In this document: one piece after another, positions 12,601 through 24,937 of the stretch | Position numbering within the stretch: position 1 is the first letter of the stretch | Layout: each line of letters opens with the position of its first letter | Source of the DNA: Paraspadella gotoi | Lineage: Eukaryota > Animalia > Chaetognatha | Assembly: GCA_051294375.1 (NCBI GenBank) | Contig: JBJCIZ010000744.1 | Location: forward strand, 1,602,262 to 1,666,261 | Length of the DNA: 64,000 bases | Direction: 5' to 3' | The notes under the pieces: generated by a model | Told to the model about the DNA's origin: nothing | Seen by the model: only the letters and a program-made list of their open reading frames with translations | Database searches by the model: none | Translations under genes and position numbers: made by a program

Positions 12601-14354
12601 AACCCTTGGATCTTGCTATGTCATTATCTTGTAAGAGGGGATGGAGGCTTCAACCCACTATAGCCCCTTAATCACTTCATTAGTCGTACAAATATAAATA
12701 TTGTTTAGTAATTTATCCATTTATTTATCGACTTTACCTCAAATTTCATTTCTATTTGTTAATATTAATAATATTAATTAAATACTCTTTTGCTCAGACT
12801 TCGATTCGCGAGAGACGAAGAGCGAAAAGTTGATCGCGTCGTCCGTCGGAGCAAAGTTCTTCGTCGTAGATCTTCTCGACTCTGGTGAGTGAGTGTGTGT
12901 GAGTGAGAGAGAGAGGGAGAGATTGTGAGTGTGTGTGTGTATGTGAGAGAGAGGGAGAGATTGTGAGTCGAACGTCGGAGTAAAGTTCTTCGTTGTAGAT
13001 CTTCTTGACTCTGGTGAGTGAGTGTGTGTGTGTGAGAGAAGAGAGGGAGAGATTGTGAGTGTGTGTGTGTATGTGAGAGAGAGGGAGAGATTGTGAGTCG
13101 AACGTCGGAGCAAAGTTCTTCGTCGTAGATCTTCTCGACTCTGGTGAGTGAGTGTGTGTGAGTGAGAGAGAGAGGGAGAGATTGTGAGTGTGTGTGTGTA
13201 TGTGAGAGAGAGGGAGAGATTGTGAGTCGAACGTCAGAGTAAAGTTCTTCGTCGTAGATCTTCTTGACTCTGGTGAGTGAGTGTGTGTGTGTGTGGAGAG
13301 AGAGAGAGAGGAGAGATTGTGAGTGATGTGTGTGTATGTGAGAGAGAGAGAGGGAGAGATTGTGATTGAGTGAGTGTATGTGAGAGAGAGGGAGAGATTG
13401 TGAGTGTGTGTGTGTGTATGTTAGAGAGAGAGATTGTGAATGAGTGTGTGTATGTGAGAGAGGGAGAGATTGTAAGTGAGTTTGTGTATGAGAGAGGGAG
13501 AGATTGTGAGTGTGTGAGAGGGGAGAGAGATTGTGTGTGTGTATGTGAGAGAGAGGGAGAGATTGTGTGGTGTGTGTATGTGAGAGAGAGAGAGAGGGAG
13601 AGATTGTGAGTGTGTGTGTATGTGAGAGAGAGAGAGGGAGAGATTGTGAGTGAGTGTGTGTATGTGAGAGAGAGAGAGGGAGAGAGATTGTGAGTATGTT
13701 AGCTAGCGAGTTAGTGAATGACTAAATCAATGGGTGAATGAAAAGCTGTCCCACTCATTCTTCTCAATCGTCTCTCTCACTCTTCCGCCCCTTCTCTCTT
13801 TCGACCACAAGCCTTTGCCACATCCTCTGAAGGCGCCCACAAGTCGACAATCTGGTGCGCGACTCACTCCCCACAAGCGGCGCGCCTCTTCGTCACTTCC
13901 GGTGGAAACGGCGCCGTTAATCTATGGCGCCACGTGGACGACGCCGGGGAGAGGGTGAGAATATTATCTTCGAAGTGAACGAATTAGCAATGATAAAATA
14001 ATGATAATAGTTGCTAAATCAAAGATAGTGCCAACTGTGAGTCTATGTCTCGCTGAAGTATCTTCCCTCCTTCGCCCTACCTTCCACCCCCAATCTAACC
14101 CCTTCCACCCCCACATCTAACCTCCAACCCCACACCCTTCCACCCCCATCTAAACCCCTTCCACCCCCACTCTAAACCCTTCCACCCCCACATCTAAACC
14201 TTCACAGCCCTTCCTCCTCGCTTCCGCCCCCGTCTCTTCCGACGCCCTCTGCGACTTCTCTTGGCATCCTGACAAACTCGGACTCGGCGTCGTCGCCTCC
14301 TTCGATCGACGCCTGCGAATCCTGGCGGCGCCGAAGTTGGAACGATTCGCTTGA
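670..14354 (+). CDS. WDR92: WD repeat protein 92 (dynein axonemal assembly factor 10), 8 exons
   Basis: Exons ~670-764, 10970-11130, 11230-11367, 11615-11762, 12238-12326, 12798-12884, 13812-13954, 14208-14354 join in frame through GT-AG sites. Peptides [32 protein letters not shown]|[84 protein letters not shown] match WDR92 as I recall it. The exon 1 to exon 2 link is inferred from homology and phase (AG|A = Arg). Confidence 0.88.
1108..1192 (-). ncRNA. Type-P5 twister ribozyme fold, family B variant, downstream of a B-box
   Basis: Minus strand GCUGG UUAAA GCGU GA UGG UGUCGGCA U^AA ACAC GC CAGUGAC..GUCACUG C AGG U CCA AAGC CCU GAGCG CCAGC, preceded by GGTTCAATCCC. Confidence 0.75.
2110..3710 (+). 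CDS. MRPL53: Mitochondrial ribosomal protein mL53, 3 exons, apparent 1-nt frameshift in a T8 run
   Basis: Exons 2110-2193, 2973-3080, 3502-3710. [16 protein letters not shown] and [30 protein letters not shown] resemble arthropod mRpL53. Phase fits only if T8 at 3052-3059 is T9 or T6. Confidence 0.78.
3178..3224 (+). ncRNA. Minimal type-I hammerhead ribozyme (Penelope-like), sense in MRPL53 intron 2
   Basis: AAAACG CUGAUGA A GGCUUG-AAAAA-CAAGUC GAA ACAUGU C^ UGUUUU; stem III is the palindrome ACAUGU; AATAAA follows. Confidence 0.78.
3770..4050. repeat. About 18-bp CGTTGTCGTCGTCTGCTT minisatellite
   Basis: Visible tandem degenerate units. Confidence 0.85.
4858..6359 (+). CDS. ZFYVE19: FYVE zinc-finger protein 19 (abscission/NoCut checkpoint regulator), 2 exons
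   Basis: N-terminal FYVE-like [28 protein letters not shown]; exon 4858-5942 joins exon 6227-6359 to give ELPW|[29 protein letters not shown], the typical C-terminal Cys domain. Confidence 0.9.
6736..7524 (+). CDS. SRRD: SRR1-domain protein, single exon
   Basis: Motifs [56 protein letters not shown]. Confidence 0.88.
   Translation: METDADGFVKVKKSRSKNRGKIIHRQIEIHDDDDDPIDPFFDSKLLSSSLSLSTGPLASCVFSLLSLFPFRRLVCYGVGRVSRCRIARTQLALFLLMKDRARIPALLYDPALSAAEAEAVRRRGVDVLETNEECRRNVAGETTLFFMPHCDRPMYENLLWANWNPEDLQRVVVLGNAFGRVLERTPGTVLEEETPLLAKSARVLEEAPLEADPGVDDDVFNDCGVVFFPAEKIKSVEAEFWRRRDWTPDCTPKELRGGTVSG
7633..9418 (+). CDS. TUBD1: Tubulin delta chain, 3 exons
   Basis: Exons 7633-7863, 8008-8406, 8648-9418. 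[76 protein letters not shown] are delta-type motifs. Confidence 0.92.
9848..10192 (+). CDS. DNAJC19: Mitochondrial import J-protein TIM14/PAM18, single exon
   Basis: [47 protein letters not shown] (HPD J-domain), with an N-terminal hydrophobic segment. Confidence 0.93.
   Translation: MASTAVVVGVSLAAVGLAGRALSRRLPELEKNLSLHAKRLAESAPSKYYRGGFEPQMSRREASLVLGISPSASERKIKEAHRRIMLANHPDKGGSPYLATKINEAKDKLEAGRS
11899..11979 (-). ncRNA. Type-P5 twister ribozyme fold, family B, antisense in a WDR92 intron
   Basis: Minus strand GUUGGC AAA GCGA GA CCG UCCUAGGG U^AA CCGC GC CAGUGAC-UGGAGGC-GUCACUG A GGG U CGG AAGC CCC CAAA GCCAAC. Confidence 0.8.
12844..13697 (+). repeat. About four 129-bp tandem units containing a WDR92 exon end and donor, followed by a GA/GT-rich minisatellite
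   Basis: Units start at 12844, 12973, 13103 and 13232 and alternate between two variants. Confidence 0.9.
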
Positions 14355-14738
14355 AATAAAATCCCGTGGATCGAACGACGTTTGGATTATTGTGGCCCCG
14401 AATATATATAAAAAAAGGACATTTGGGAGATTTAGGGATTATAGCGCCAAAGATTCGACTGTGGATTGGCGTGAGACGAACGTCGAGAGCAATTTGTTAA
14501 TGTTATCGATCTTTCGCTACGAAAAGGATTGAGAGAAGATGGACGGGTCGATATTCTCAGAATCGCATTGAATACAAAGTTGGTTAACCAAACTGCCTTT
14601 CGTTCTTTTTCCACGAGTTACAAATGTTGTCGTTTTTTTTCTTCAATTTTTGGAAATTCTTATTTTTTGTTAATTCTGGTTTTTTTTTCAGAATTTCAAC
14701 AAAAATAATCTTAAAGTTAAACATCATTTTTTGACGAG

Positions 14739-17077
14739 ATGCCCTCTGATTTTCGTAAGTAAAAATAACTTCGTTGAGATAAACTTTTTAATTTTGATGG
14801 TCTTTTACAGGGGTGGGACCCTATATCGAAACAAAACTTAACGTCTGAACGATTTGAGATACAATAATATAATGAGTGTCAAAAGTTTTTTCTGGCTTTT
14901 TTCTTTTATATACAATGAAACAAAATACATTTTTAAGCAACCCATTTAAGCATTGCGGATGTTTTCAAAACGCGGGCATTGTATGTGATTAAAGCCATAC
15001 TTATTAAATTTTTCAGTGGTCGTTTCTGGACATGACAGTGTCAATGTCACTGTCATGTCTTATCTTCAATTGACCTGATTTTAAGCTTTTCATCACTATC
15101 CAAATTAAACTTATTCATTTATCATTTAATATCAGCCCAAAAAAATTAAATAAATTTTCAAATAAGTTTTCAAAAATTTTTCTTCCAAACCGCGCGGAGA
15201 AAACCGAGCAGTTGCCTTTGCTGCACCAAAAAAATCATATTAAAGAATTTCAAAAAGTGGCTTACAACCCGCAGCGGTATAACTCGTGGTTACAGCGTGG
15301 TCTAGAGCTTTGGTACTGTCGGCAGCCCCGAACATTTTGGCAAGTTATGCGGTCCATTCCACGTTTTCTATGACAACCAAGAGAATCGAACCATGGTTGC
15401 ACATTGGGATAGTGCATTATTTCACTAAGGCACTGCTGATAAAGCCACCAGAGTCTATTTAAAAGCTTTATATGTTTTTATCTCGCCAGACGGGCTTAAG
15501 CCAGTCTTGGGCGTAGATAACCATTTAGTATTGCTTTTTTGTGCCGTCGTCGTCACGTTGTTTTAACATGCTCAAGTGTGCAACCACAGGAAGCTAGAAA
15601 TTTAGATGTGGCTTCTCATCGTTGAGGTCTTTTAAATTGTTATGTTTATTCATTCGCCGACCCGGATTTTGCGGTCGGTTATTATCGCTTTTGCGCAGAA
15701 GTGGCATAGTCGTCGTCGTCGTTGTTGTCGGCGTTCCAAATTATAGATCGCCTTTTTGATGATTAAATTTGGGTGTATGAAGCTGAAAATTTATATACAG
15801 CTTCTCATCATCGATGTCCTTAAAATTGAGTCAGGACAGTTATTAAATATGTTTTGTTTACGTTTTATCAAAATAAACAAATTTTCTCTTTTAATTTTAT
15901 ATTTATTTCTCTCTCTCTTTTCTCTTTTAATTATATGTCTCTTGCCTTCTCTCTTTTTCCTAGTCACTGATTCTGCTGCTGCCTTTTGAGTCTGCAGCTG
16001 GCTCTGAAGGGGCTTATTCTTTTTCTCTCTTTTCTCCTGTTGCTTCTGCTGCTGCCTTTTGAGTCTGCAGGGGCTCTCTCTTTTTCTCTCTTTTCTCCTG
16101 CTGCTTCTGCTGCTGCTTTTTGAGTCTGCAGCTGGCTCTGCAGGGGCTCTCTCTTTTTCTCTCTTTTCTCCTGCTGCTTCTGCTGCTGCCTTTTGATTTT
16201 TTTTTTCTCTCACTGCGTTTTTATTAAAAAAAAAAAAAAAAATTAGGATTGAACTCTTAAAATTATGCATCGCATTCGTGCATGTTATGGCTGCATCTGC
16301 TGTTTTTTATTGTTTTTTTTTCAGAAACTGTAATTTTAATTTTCCTCGGTACTTTTTTTAATTGACAATTGAAAAAATAAAATTTTTCTTTCTGTTTATA
16401 AATTAATTTTCTTTTCTCTTTTTTTTTTTTTTTTCGTATCAAAATTTATCGTCAATCCCGATTTTTCTTATGCGATTGCGACGATCCTTATGCTTTTAAG
16501 ATTTTTTTTTTTCGCTTCTTAATCTTATGAGCGATTTATATAAAAATTTCGCTACGCAAAAATTTAAAAAAAGATACTGGTAAGGGTATAAACATTTTTA
16601 AAGTGTATGATCGAGCTGGATATAAAGTTTAGATGGAATCGTGCGAGTGGAAATGAGTTCAAATGGAAAAAACATAAGTCACTTTTATTTGAACCTTTTG
16701 AATAATTTTAATCCATAATTAATCAAATTAATCATAATTGGATGGATAGATAGAGATTAAATTTTGTGTGTGGGTAGGAAAGTGTGTGATATAGCACGTT
16801 ATAAAGTTTCGCTGGAATCGAGGAGTGGAAATGAGTTTGCATGAAAAAAACCAAAGTCAAGTTGACTTGATTTTTTATTATTTATGCTTACTCATGAATT
16901 TTTTAATTAAATGAAAAAATGATGCATGATAAAAGAATGATGCATGATAAAAGAATGATGCATGATGAAAGAATGATGCATGATGAAAAAATGAAGCAAG
17001 TTGAAAAAATGAAGCAAGTGGAAAAAAAAAGTTAAAAAAATTATTTGTACTTTATTTGTAATTATTACTACTATAGT

Positions 17078-17114
<37 letters not shown>

Positions 17115-18617
17115 TATTTACCGCCTAATTATCGCGGGCAGGTCCGACATTGTTTGCTTAAACTTGTTTAAATATATGTCGCTCTCCCTTTCTCTCTCAT
17201 TTAATTATATGTTGCTCTCGCTCTCTCTCTTTTTTTTCGTCGCTGCTGCTTCTACTGATTCGTTCAAAAACGAGTTAAGCTCCACAGCGGCTGTCCAGCG
17301 GCTGTTCAGCTTCTCTCTCTCTTTTTTTTTCTTTCTCTCTCTCTCTCCCTCTCTGTTTTTCTTTCTCTCACTCATACACGCATTTGTATATTTTATTTAC
17401 GATGAATGATTCATCGCGTCAATGAATGACTATCATCGTATCAATGAATGGTTATCATCGTATCAATGAATGACTATCATTGCATCAATGAATGATTATC
17501 ATCACATCAATGAAAAATTATCATAATTATCATCGCATCAATCATTTGGTTATCATCGCATCAATCATTTGGTTATCATCGCATCAATCCTTTGGTTATC
17601 ATCGCATCAATCCTTTGGTTATCATCGCATCAATCCTTTGGTTATCATCGCATCAATCCTTTGGTTATCATTGCATCAATAATTGGTTATCATCGTATCA
17701 ATAATCAATTACATCAATCTATTACATCAATCAATCAATTATTATTACATCAATCAATAACTATTACATCAATAATTCGTTATCGCATCAATCATTTGTT
17801 TTTTTTGTTGTTGTTTTTTTTATTAATTTTCTTTGATAGCGACGTCTGGCGAGATCACTATAAGTCATTTTCTCATTTTAGTATTGTATCAAAAAGAAAT
17901 AAGTTTCTCACTTTAATGCATTCTATTTTACATTTCTCGGGACGCGGGGCATCTCATTAACCGGCGTAAGGGCTGCGGACGCTCACTGATCATGTCATTG
18001 GCATGTTTATCGTTTAAACTAGTCCTGTCCCAATTAATTAGTTTCGGGGATCGAACTGCCACTTGCCCGAAAACCAACAAGTTTAAATTTATTAATATCT
18101 CTTAACATTTGTTTAAAAAAATGTAAAAAAAACTGTACAAAAATTACCTTTTTTTCAAACCAAATTTCCAAATTTATTTTTACAATTTTCTTACGTGATG
18201 ATTACTTTTATTGCTTTTTTTGTAGCTGTCGTCGATGAAAGCAAACAATTCTGGTTAACTCTCTTCGGAAGTCTTTTTTTCTTCTTCCTCTTTCTCCTGG
18301 TAAAAATGTGGCGGACGAGATCAAATGAAATGGAAAATGAAAAACTTAAAATTCAGAGCCTCATGGATGAAAAAGAAAATTATGAAAGTGAGCTTACGCG
18401 CCTGACGAGAGAAAAAGCGTTCTATGTATGTATATTTCAGAGAGAGAGAAATGTTATAAAAGATTTTGAAAGCCAAGTGTCTCACCTAATAGCTGAGAAG
18501 GAAGACTATAAAAAAGTAATAGCTTCACTAAAAACAGAAAAAGTATCTTACGAATACATCCTTGCTTGGCTGTGGAAAGCAAAAGAAGACTTAGAAAACC
18601 AAATTGCAAGCCTGATG

Positions 18618-18650
<33 letters not shown>

Positions 18651-19199
18651 TATGATGAGAGACTGAAAGGGGAAATAGAAGATTATAAAAGACAAAAGGA
18701 AGACTATGAAAAGGTAATAGCAGATCTAAAGACAAAAAAAGAATCCGATGAATTCGTCATTGCTAGGCTATTACTAGCAAAAGAAGCCTCAGAAAACCAA
18801 GTATTGCGCCTGACTAGAGGAAATGAAAACCACAAAGGACGCATATCACGCCTTTTAAGAAAAAAACAAACCGATGAAAGCCAAATAACGAATCTCATGA
18901 ACGAGAAAGTAAAAGATAAAGCCCGGGTGGACTCTCTGCTAAAGGAGAAAGAGGGTGTTAAAAACCAATTATCAGGCATAATGAAAGAGAAAGAAAAAGG
19001 TGAGAGGGAAATTGCTCGACTGACTTTGGCCAATGATCAGCTTGAGCAAGAGAAACTCTGTTCCATCTGCCAAGAGAAATGCAAAGACGCCGTGTTCGAT
19101 TGCGGTCACATGACCTGCATGATTTGCGCATCCAAACTGAAAAACTGTCACATTTGCCGACAAGGCATCAAAAACATCAAGCTAATTTATATCGATTGA
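14739..19199 (+). CDS. Transmembrane, coiled-coil, C3HC4 RING (IAP-like) putative E3 ligase
   Basis: ORF 18195-19199 ends in CSICQEKCKDAVFDCGHMTCMICASKLKNCHICR. A probable 16-nt first exon ATGCCCTCTGATTTTC|gtaagt (14739-14754) is phase-compatible with the acceptor ttttttgtag| at 18225, giving MPSDFPVVDESK. The in-frame ATG at 18198 is an alternative start. Confidence 0.75.
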
Positions 19200-20100
19200 A
19201 ACTAGAAAATCATTTACATTTTTAAAGCCCTGAATATTATGCAGATAAACTCAAGTTTAATGTTTGTATTTTAATGATTCTTGTTTATTGAACATGGTTA
19301 TCAATTAAGGTAATCGATAAAATCAATGTAAAAACCGCTTATTAATGTGTATTTTACTTCTTTTTCAATTTTATTTGATGTTCATTTTAGAACAGGTTGC
19401 TATGATGACGTTTTCAAAGCTGGAGAATCGGAGATACTTTTGTCAGGAACAAACTTCAGTAAAATAAAACAAGCAAACAATGTCGGATCTGCCGACGATA
19501 GCGTAATCAGCTAACCAGATGGGATATCCGATGAATGTGACAAGAAAATTCATAAATAAACAGAGAGAGAGAAAAACATAACTAATCATAACTAGATCAT
19601 AACATTATAAATCATAACAGATTTCTCAATTAATCAATTAAAAAAATTATCAATCAATCATTTAATCAAATTTACAATCAAACAATCAATCAATAAGAGA
19701 GATATAGTTTTATAGAGAGAGAGAAACTTTTAAAAATTCGAATAAATGTGTCTTTTGGTTTTCTAATTTAAACTCTTTTCTACTCCTACGATTCCATCAA
19801 AAATTTATATCCAGCTTAATCACATACTTTCTTACCCACACACAAAATTTCATTCCAATTATCTATCCAATTTTTAATAAATATAATAATTATGAGTAAA
19901 CTCATTTCCACTCGCACGATTCCATCAAAACTTTACATCCAGCTCAATCACACACTTTCCTACTCACACACAAAATTTCATTCTAATCCAACCATCCAAT
20001 CACGAGTAATTAGAGATTATTGATAAGGTGAGACGGACTTTCAGACAGACGGACGGATGGACATTGGACAGAAATCAATTTTTTTGCATAATTTATCATA
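15476..20100. mobile_element. Non-autonomous Helentron/DINE-1-like repeat fragments in inverted orientation around the RING exon
   Basis: 16600-16840 matches 19770-20000 inverted; 17137-17168 matches 19467-19493 inverted and 21688-21718 direct; GACA/GACG microsatellite at ~20040-20070. The family assignment is an inference. Confidence 0.45.
17420..17800. repeat. 22-bp TTATCATCGCATCAATCCTTTGG-type minisatellite
   Basis: Visible tandem units. Confidence 0.85.
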
Positions 20101-20219
20101 ATTCCAGGTTCTGATATGATATAAATGATTTACCGACGGACCGACATAGTGATAAGCTGATAAGCAAATCCGACTAAAAAAGTAATAAATATTATAAGAA
20201 GCATAAGCTCAATTACATA

Positions 20220-21459
20220 CAGATCTGGTCAAAAAAACTTAGAACCCCTTACTATTCGATTGTCTGTTGGCCTATAAATTAAAATTTGGGTTCATTTGAA
20301 AGCCAAGACAAAGATCTTTCATTCTGTCTTCATTTTGTCTTACAATGTCTTTTTTTGGAAAAAAAATAAAAAATTTCATCTTTGTTTTTTTTTTTTGTTT
20401 TTTGTTTTTTTTTCAAGATATAGGATCGCCAAACGGTTGCATTTCTCTCTTACAGCCGTCAGCAGAGTTGTCAACAAATATGAAGCAACTGGAGACCGGT
20501 CAAAATTTCAAATTTTTTTTTTTAAATTCTGAGAACAGATTCAGATTCCTCGTTAAAAGTTGATAAAAGAAAATATAAATCTTTTTAAAAAATTATAGTA
20601 GGTTAAAATTATAAAAAACTATATTTTTAAGCTCAAAATTGAAAATCGGTGTCTTAAATATATTTTTTTATATTTTTAACCAATGAAAGAATTTTTAAAA
20701 AAGAATTATACTCTCTTATATCAACTTTTTGCAAGGAATTTAAATCCGATCTTACAATTCAAAAATTTGCATTTTAGCTTATTATATACTTATTATTATA
20801 TATAAATATAGCTCACTGTGGCCACTAATATATGAAATTAAAAAATAAATTTATTAAAGTATTTTTATTGGTTTTTATTTTTATGTTTTATATGCTAAAT
20901 TTTAATTTTCTAAAATTTTATCATTTTCACATCACTCTAATGTCCATAAAGAGCAAGGACGATGACCTGGAAAGTCTCGCAATTCAAGACCGTAAGGCTT
21001 CTGCTCACCAGTTGAGAAAAAAATTGACAGAAGAAAGAGGAATTGTCGCCAGTCATTCAACAGTGAATAGGTGGCTTTTTATAGAGGATAGCTCCTGGAT
21101 ACAAAGCCAAAGCCACTCAAAAATGTTATTAGGAAAACGGGATCAAGATGCTTCAAGGTTGGCCCGGAAACTAACCTGACTGCAACATAATCAAAAATAT
21201 CTGGTCAAGGATGAAAAAGGAATTTTTGCAGTTGACAAAATAAAGAAAATTGTAAAACGCATTTGGCGGGAGCTGAACCCTTCATATTTGTGCAGCCTCT
21301 ACGACTCTCTCCGTTGTCGCATGGAAGCGGTGCTGGAAGCAAATGGTGGTCAAATAACATATTAATTAACTGAGTTCTAAAAAGTATTGTTTTCCTTCAA
21401 ATAACGAAATAAAATGCTTTTATCATAACTATTTAATTTTTTTTTGACCAGGTTACCTG
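20220..21459 (+). mobile_element. Decayed Tc1/mariner transposon
   Basis: Terminal inverted matches (ta)CAGATCTGGTCAAAAAAA and TTTTTTTGACCAGGTTACCTG. Transposase remnants RIAKRLHFSLTAVSRVVNKYEATG, DRKASAHQLRKKL..SHSTVNRWL and WRELNPSYLCSLYDSLRCRMEAVLEANGGQITY*. An AT-rich inverted insert lies at ~20520-20760. Confidence 0.8.
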
Positions 21460-22286
21460 AAACTTAGTCTTCTCTTCCTTACAAACTTAAACAGTATATT
21501 AACAGTCTTTTATAGCAATATGACAATCAATTATTATACTACTCTTAATATAAATATGTTACGGTATTATTATTTAAATTTTTTATCATTGGCGGTAAGC
21601 AGCTGATCAGATAATTAATTTAGTTAGTGAGAGTTGTTGCAGTTTAAATATTAAGTTAATTATTTAATCACCGCTAATGATCGTAAGCAGATCCGGCATT
21701 GTTTGTTCAAACTTGTTTTTATTTTATACTCGATCGTTATTCGTTAATCGTTATCGTTCTTTTTCTTCTCACATGAATTTTGTCCGCCAGATGGCGACGA
21801 CGTCGCGGAGACGAGGGAAATTGCGATCCTCGACTCTGCCGCTCCGACGGAAAAAACAAAACGGAAAAAGAAAATAATAACAAAACAAAACAATAAAACC
21901 AAAAAAAATCAAGAATGTTTTTTTTGTCTGAAAAGAGTAACAGTTGAATTTTAAAGGCGGAAATGTTTTAATTTAATTTAAGAAGAACAAAAAGCAACTC
22001 ACAAAGTTGTAAATGCAACAAAGAAAATATATGGCATTCAATTTAAATTCATTTGAAACGGTCGAAAAAATCGAAGCCCGGATAATAACATTTGATAATA
22101 AATTACCAAAAAAAAAAAAAACTAGATCAACAGTATCTCGTACCTCTGGCATTCTCAACACCGAAAAAGAATTTAACAAACATACATACTCAACGCGAAG
22201 AAGGAACTCCGCCACCTATATGACTATTTAACAAATAATTATTTATACATTACAAACATTGTTATGAAAAAAGTTGTTTTTTAAAA

Positions 22287-24937
22287 ATGTGTTCTAAACG
22301 CGAATCGGAATCGACGAAGCGTTTGATCTTCAGTCGATGCTTCATGAACCGATTGGCGCCGCCCGACGCCGCCTACGTCCCCACCGAGTTCGAACATCTC
22401 GCCAACATCTTCTCCCATGGATTCTGCGTCGTCCCGGCGCTAGCGGGGATGCTGCATCTGTTAAGGATGTCGGGTACTAGTACTGGTTGCTGTTTTTTAA
22501 TTATGTTAATATAGTTTTTGTTATTAATAAAAAAAAACATCAAACGAATGCGATTGTAATTTTTTGTTATTTGAATTCTTCAAATTTAAGAATTTAATTT
22601 AATTTAATTTAATTTCCTCAAATTATTTACATTTTGGAAGGTTGATTTTGGTAATAAGAAACATTTCATAGACTCCTTATTTAAACACTAATTAAATATT
22701 AATTAAACATTAATTATTCGTCTCTATCTTCCTTCGTCTTCCTCTCACAACTCCCCCTTCATCAACAGGCTCTTCCTCTTCCCCCCTTCACTTCGAAGCG
22801 GCCTTCGTCTACGGCGTCGCCCTCGTCGGCCTCTTCTCTGTCTCCACCGCCTTTCACGCCCTCAGTTATCACAGGGGATACAAGACTCACTACGGGAAGG
22901 TGAGATCACCGCCGTCAGAGGGACTCGTTAATTCGGGGGGGGGGAGGAGAGATTCCATTTTTTTTGCTCCATTTGACGACTAAGTTTAGGAGGTGTTGGG
23001 GGTGGTTCAGTTTAGGGTTAGGTTTTTTTTTTTCTGAAATAAAAGAAACAATTTAACAGTTAAAGCGATAAAAAGATAAAAACGATAAAATTTAGGTGAG
23101 TGAGCTCATGACTTATAATTTTTATTTTCTCCACTAATCATTTTTTCGCTCATTTTTGATTATATTTTTTTCTGATAAGAACTTCTATTTTAATTTTTTT
23201 TTTACCTCAATTTTTTTTTTTTTTCCACTTTCCGTTTTACTTCTTTTTTCTTTCTTTTTATTTTTCTGTCCCCTTCTCCTTCTTCTTCTCTCTTCATTTT
23301 CCTTCTCTTCTTCTCATTTTCTTCTTCCTACTCTTTTAATTTCTTTCTCTCCTTCCTATCCTTCCTCCAGGATCATCCTCTATCCAATCTCCTTCTCTCC
23401 CGCTGGATTTCTCCCGCCCTCACGGAACGCCTTCAAGAGGCGTTTCACATTGGCGACCGCGCCGTCATTTACTTCTTCATCGCCGCGTCCTACACGCCTT
23501 GGCTAATACTTAGAGAGGTTTTAATATACTTATGAAATTGGTACAACCAATATAAAAATTATCCATTCATTTAATAAATAAGCTATCTTGCCCCTGACTT
23601 TGGACAGGCTTTGGTGGTTTAAGGCCTCCATCACTCTTACAAGATAATGACATAGCAGGTCCCTGCAAGCTTTATATATTAACTGTTATAAAAATTGTTA
23701 TAATAAATGCTAAATTGCTATTATAATGCAAGCAATCCCATGGCTTGTGGCATAGCGGCATAGCGGGTCTTCTTGCTCGAATGAGTTAAATTTGCAATTC
23801 TATAACGGAATTGATATTTGGAATGAGTTGAATCTTGACTTTCTAAAGTAGATAATCGCAGACCGCAATTCTAGTCTTCCTTCGCTTCTACATATTGTCT
23901 GGAAAAAAAAAATGGCAGAAGTTACTAAATGATTTAGTTTCAGCATGACTATTAATTATTCCTAATTTAAACCCATCGTCTAAATTTGCTTTTTGAAGTT
24001 AATAAACGACAAGCTCACAACCGCTTTATGCAAATGAGTTTTAAATCCTAAAAATAAATTGTGTTTGTTATTACTTCTGCCCCCTGTCGCCACCCTCTAC
24101 CAAACAGGTGGGCGAGGTCGGCGCTTCCATGCGTTGGATGATCTGGGTCCTCGCCGCCGTCGGCACCGCTTATCAGTATTGCTTCCACGAGCGGTTCAAA
24201 TGGTAATACCTTTTTCAATTTACCCTTCTTCCCCGGCCCTCTCAATCTCTCGCTTTTCTCAACCTCACCCAGGCTGGACACCCTGATCTACCTGGGAGTG
24301 GCCGTTCTTCCCGCTCTCGTTCTTACCCTCTTCATGACGCCGCCCGATGGGCTGGAGGAACTCGCTTGCGGCGGCATCGTTTACATTTTAGGCAAGCTTC
24401 TCCTTTTCTCTAAAAAAACAGATTTAAAGATATTTGAGTTCTTTTTCTTTTTTAATATACTTACACTACATTGTCATTAAAGTTCATTTTTATGACAATC
24501 TCGTCGATAAAATCATCTACATTTCGATGTGATCACGTCACTGTTATACTAAGTCATGTCATTAATTTCGGCATGTCGCTAACGTAAAATTAAATTGTTT
24601 CAACCAATATAAAAATTCATTATTAATTAAGCTATCTTACCCCTGACATAGGACAGGCCTGCTTCCTTTTCACAAAATAATAACATAGCAGGACCCTGAA
24701 TGTCATTTTACTCTCATTATACTCCGTTCCTTAAAGTTGGTAATAAATATTAGTTTTTTAAAAAAAGAACAACATTTTTCATAAGGCGTGATCTTCTTCA
24801 AATGCGACGGCCGCATCCCCTGCGCACACGCCATCTGGCACCTGTTCGTTTTCGTCGGCGCATCTGTTCACTACTATGCCGTTTGTCGGCACCTGTTGAC
24901 TCTGGCCTCGCCACCCGGCTCCGTGGAGACTCCTTGA
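22287..24937 (+). CDS. MMD: Monocyte-to-macrophage differentiation factor (PAQR / haemolysin-III family), 6 exons
   Basis: Exons ~22287-22473, 22769-22899, 23371-23517, 24108-24202, 24273-24391, 24786-24937. Motifs [68 protein letters not shown]. The last intron is GC-AG. Confidence 0.92.
23584..23646 (-). ncRNA. Type-P5 twister ribozyme fold, family A, intact, antisense in an MMD intron
   Basis: 63 nt identical to the reverse complement of 60088-60150; the surrounding element spans ~23530-23673. Confidence 0.82.
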
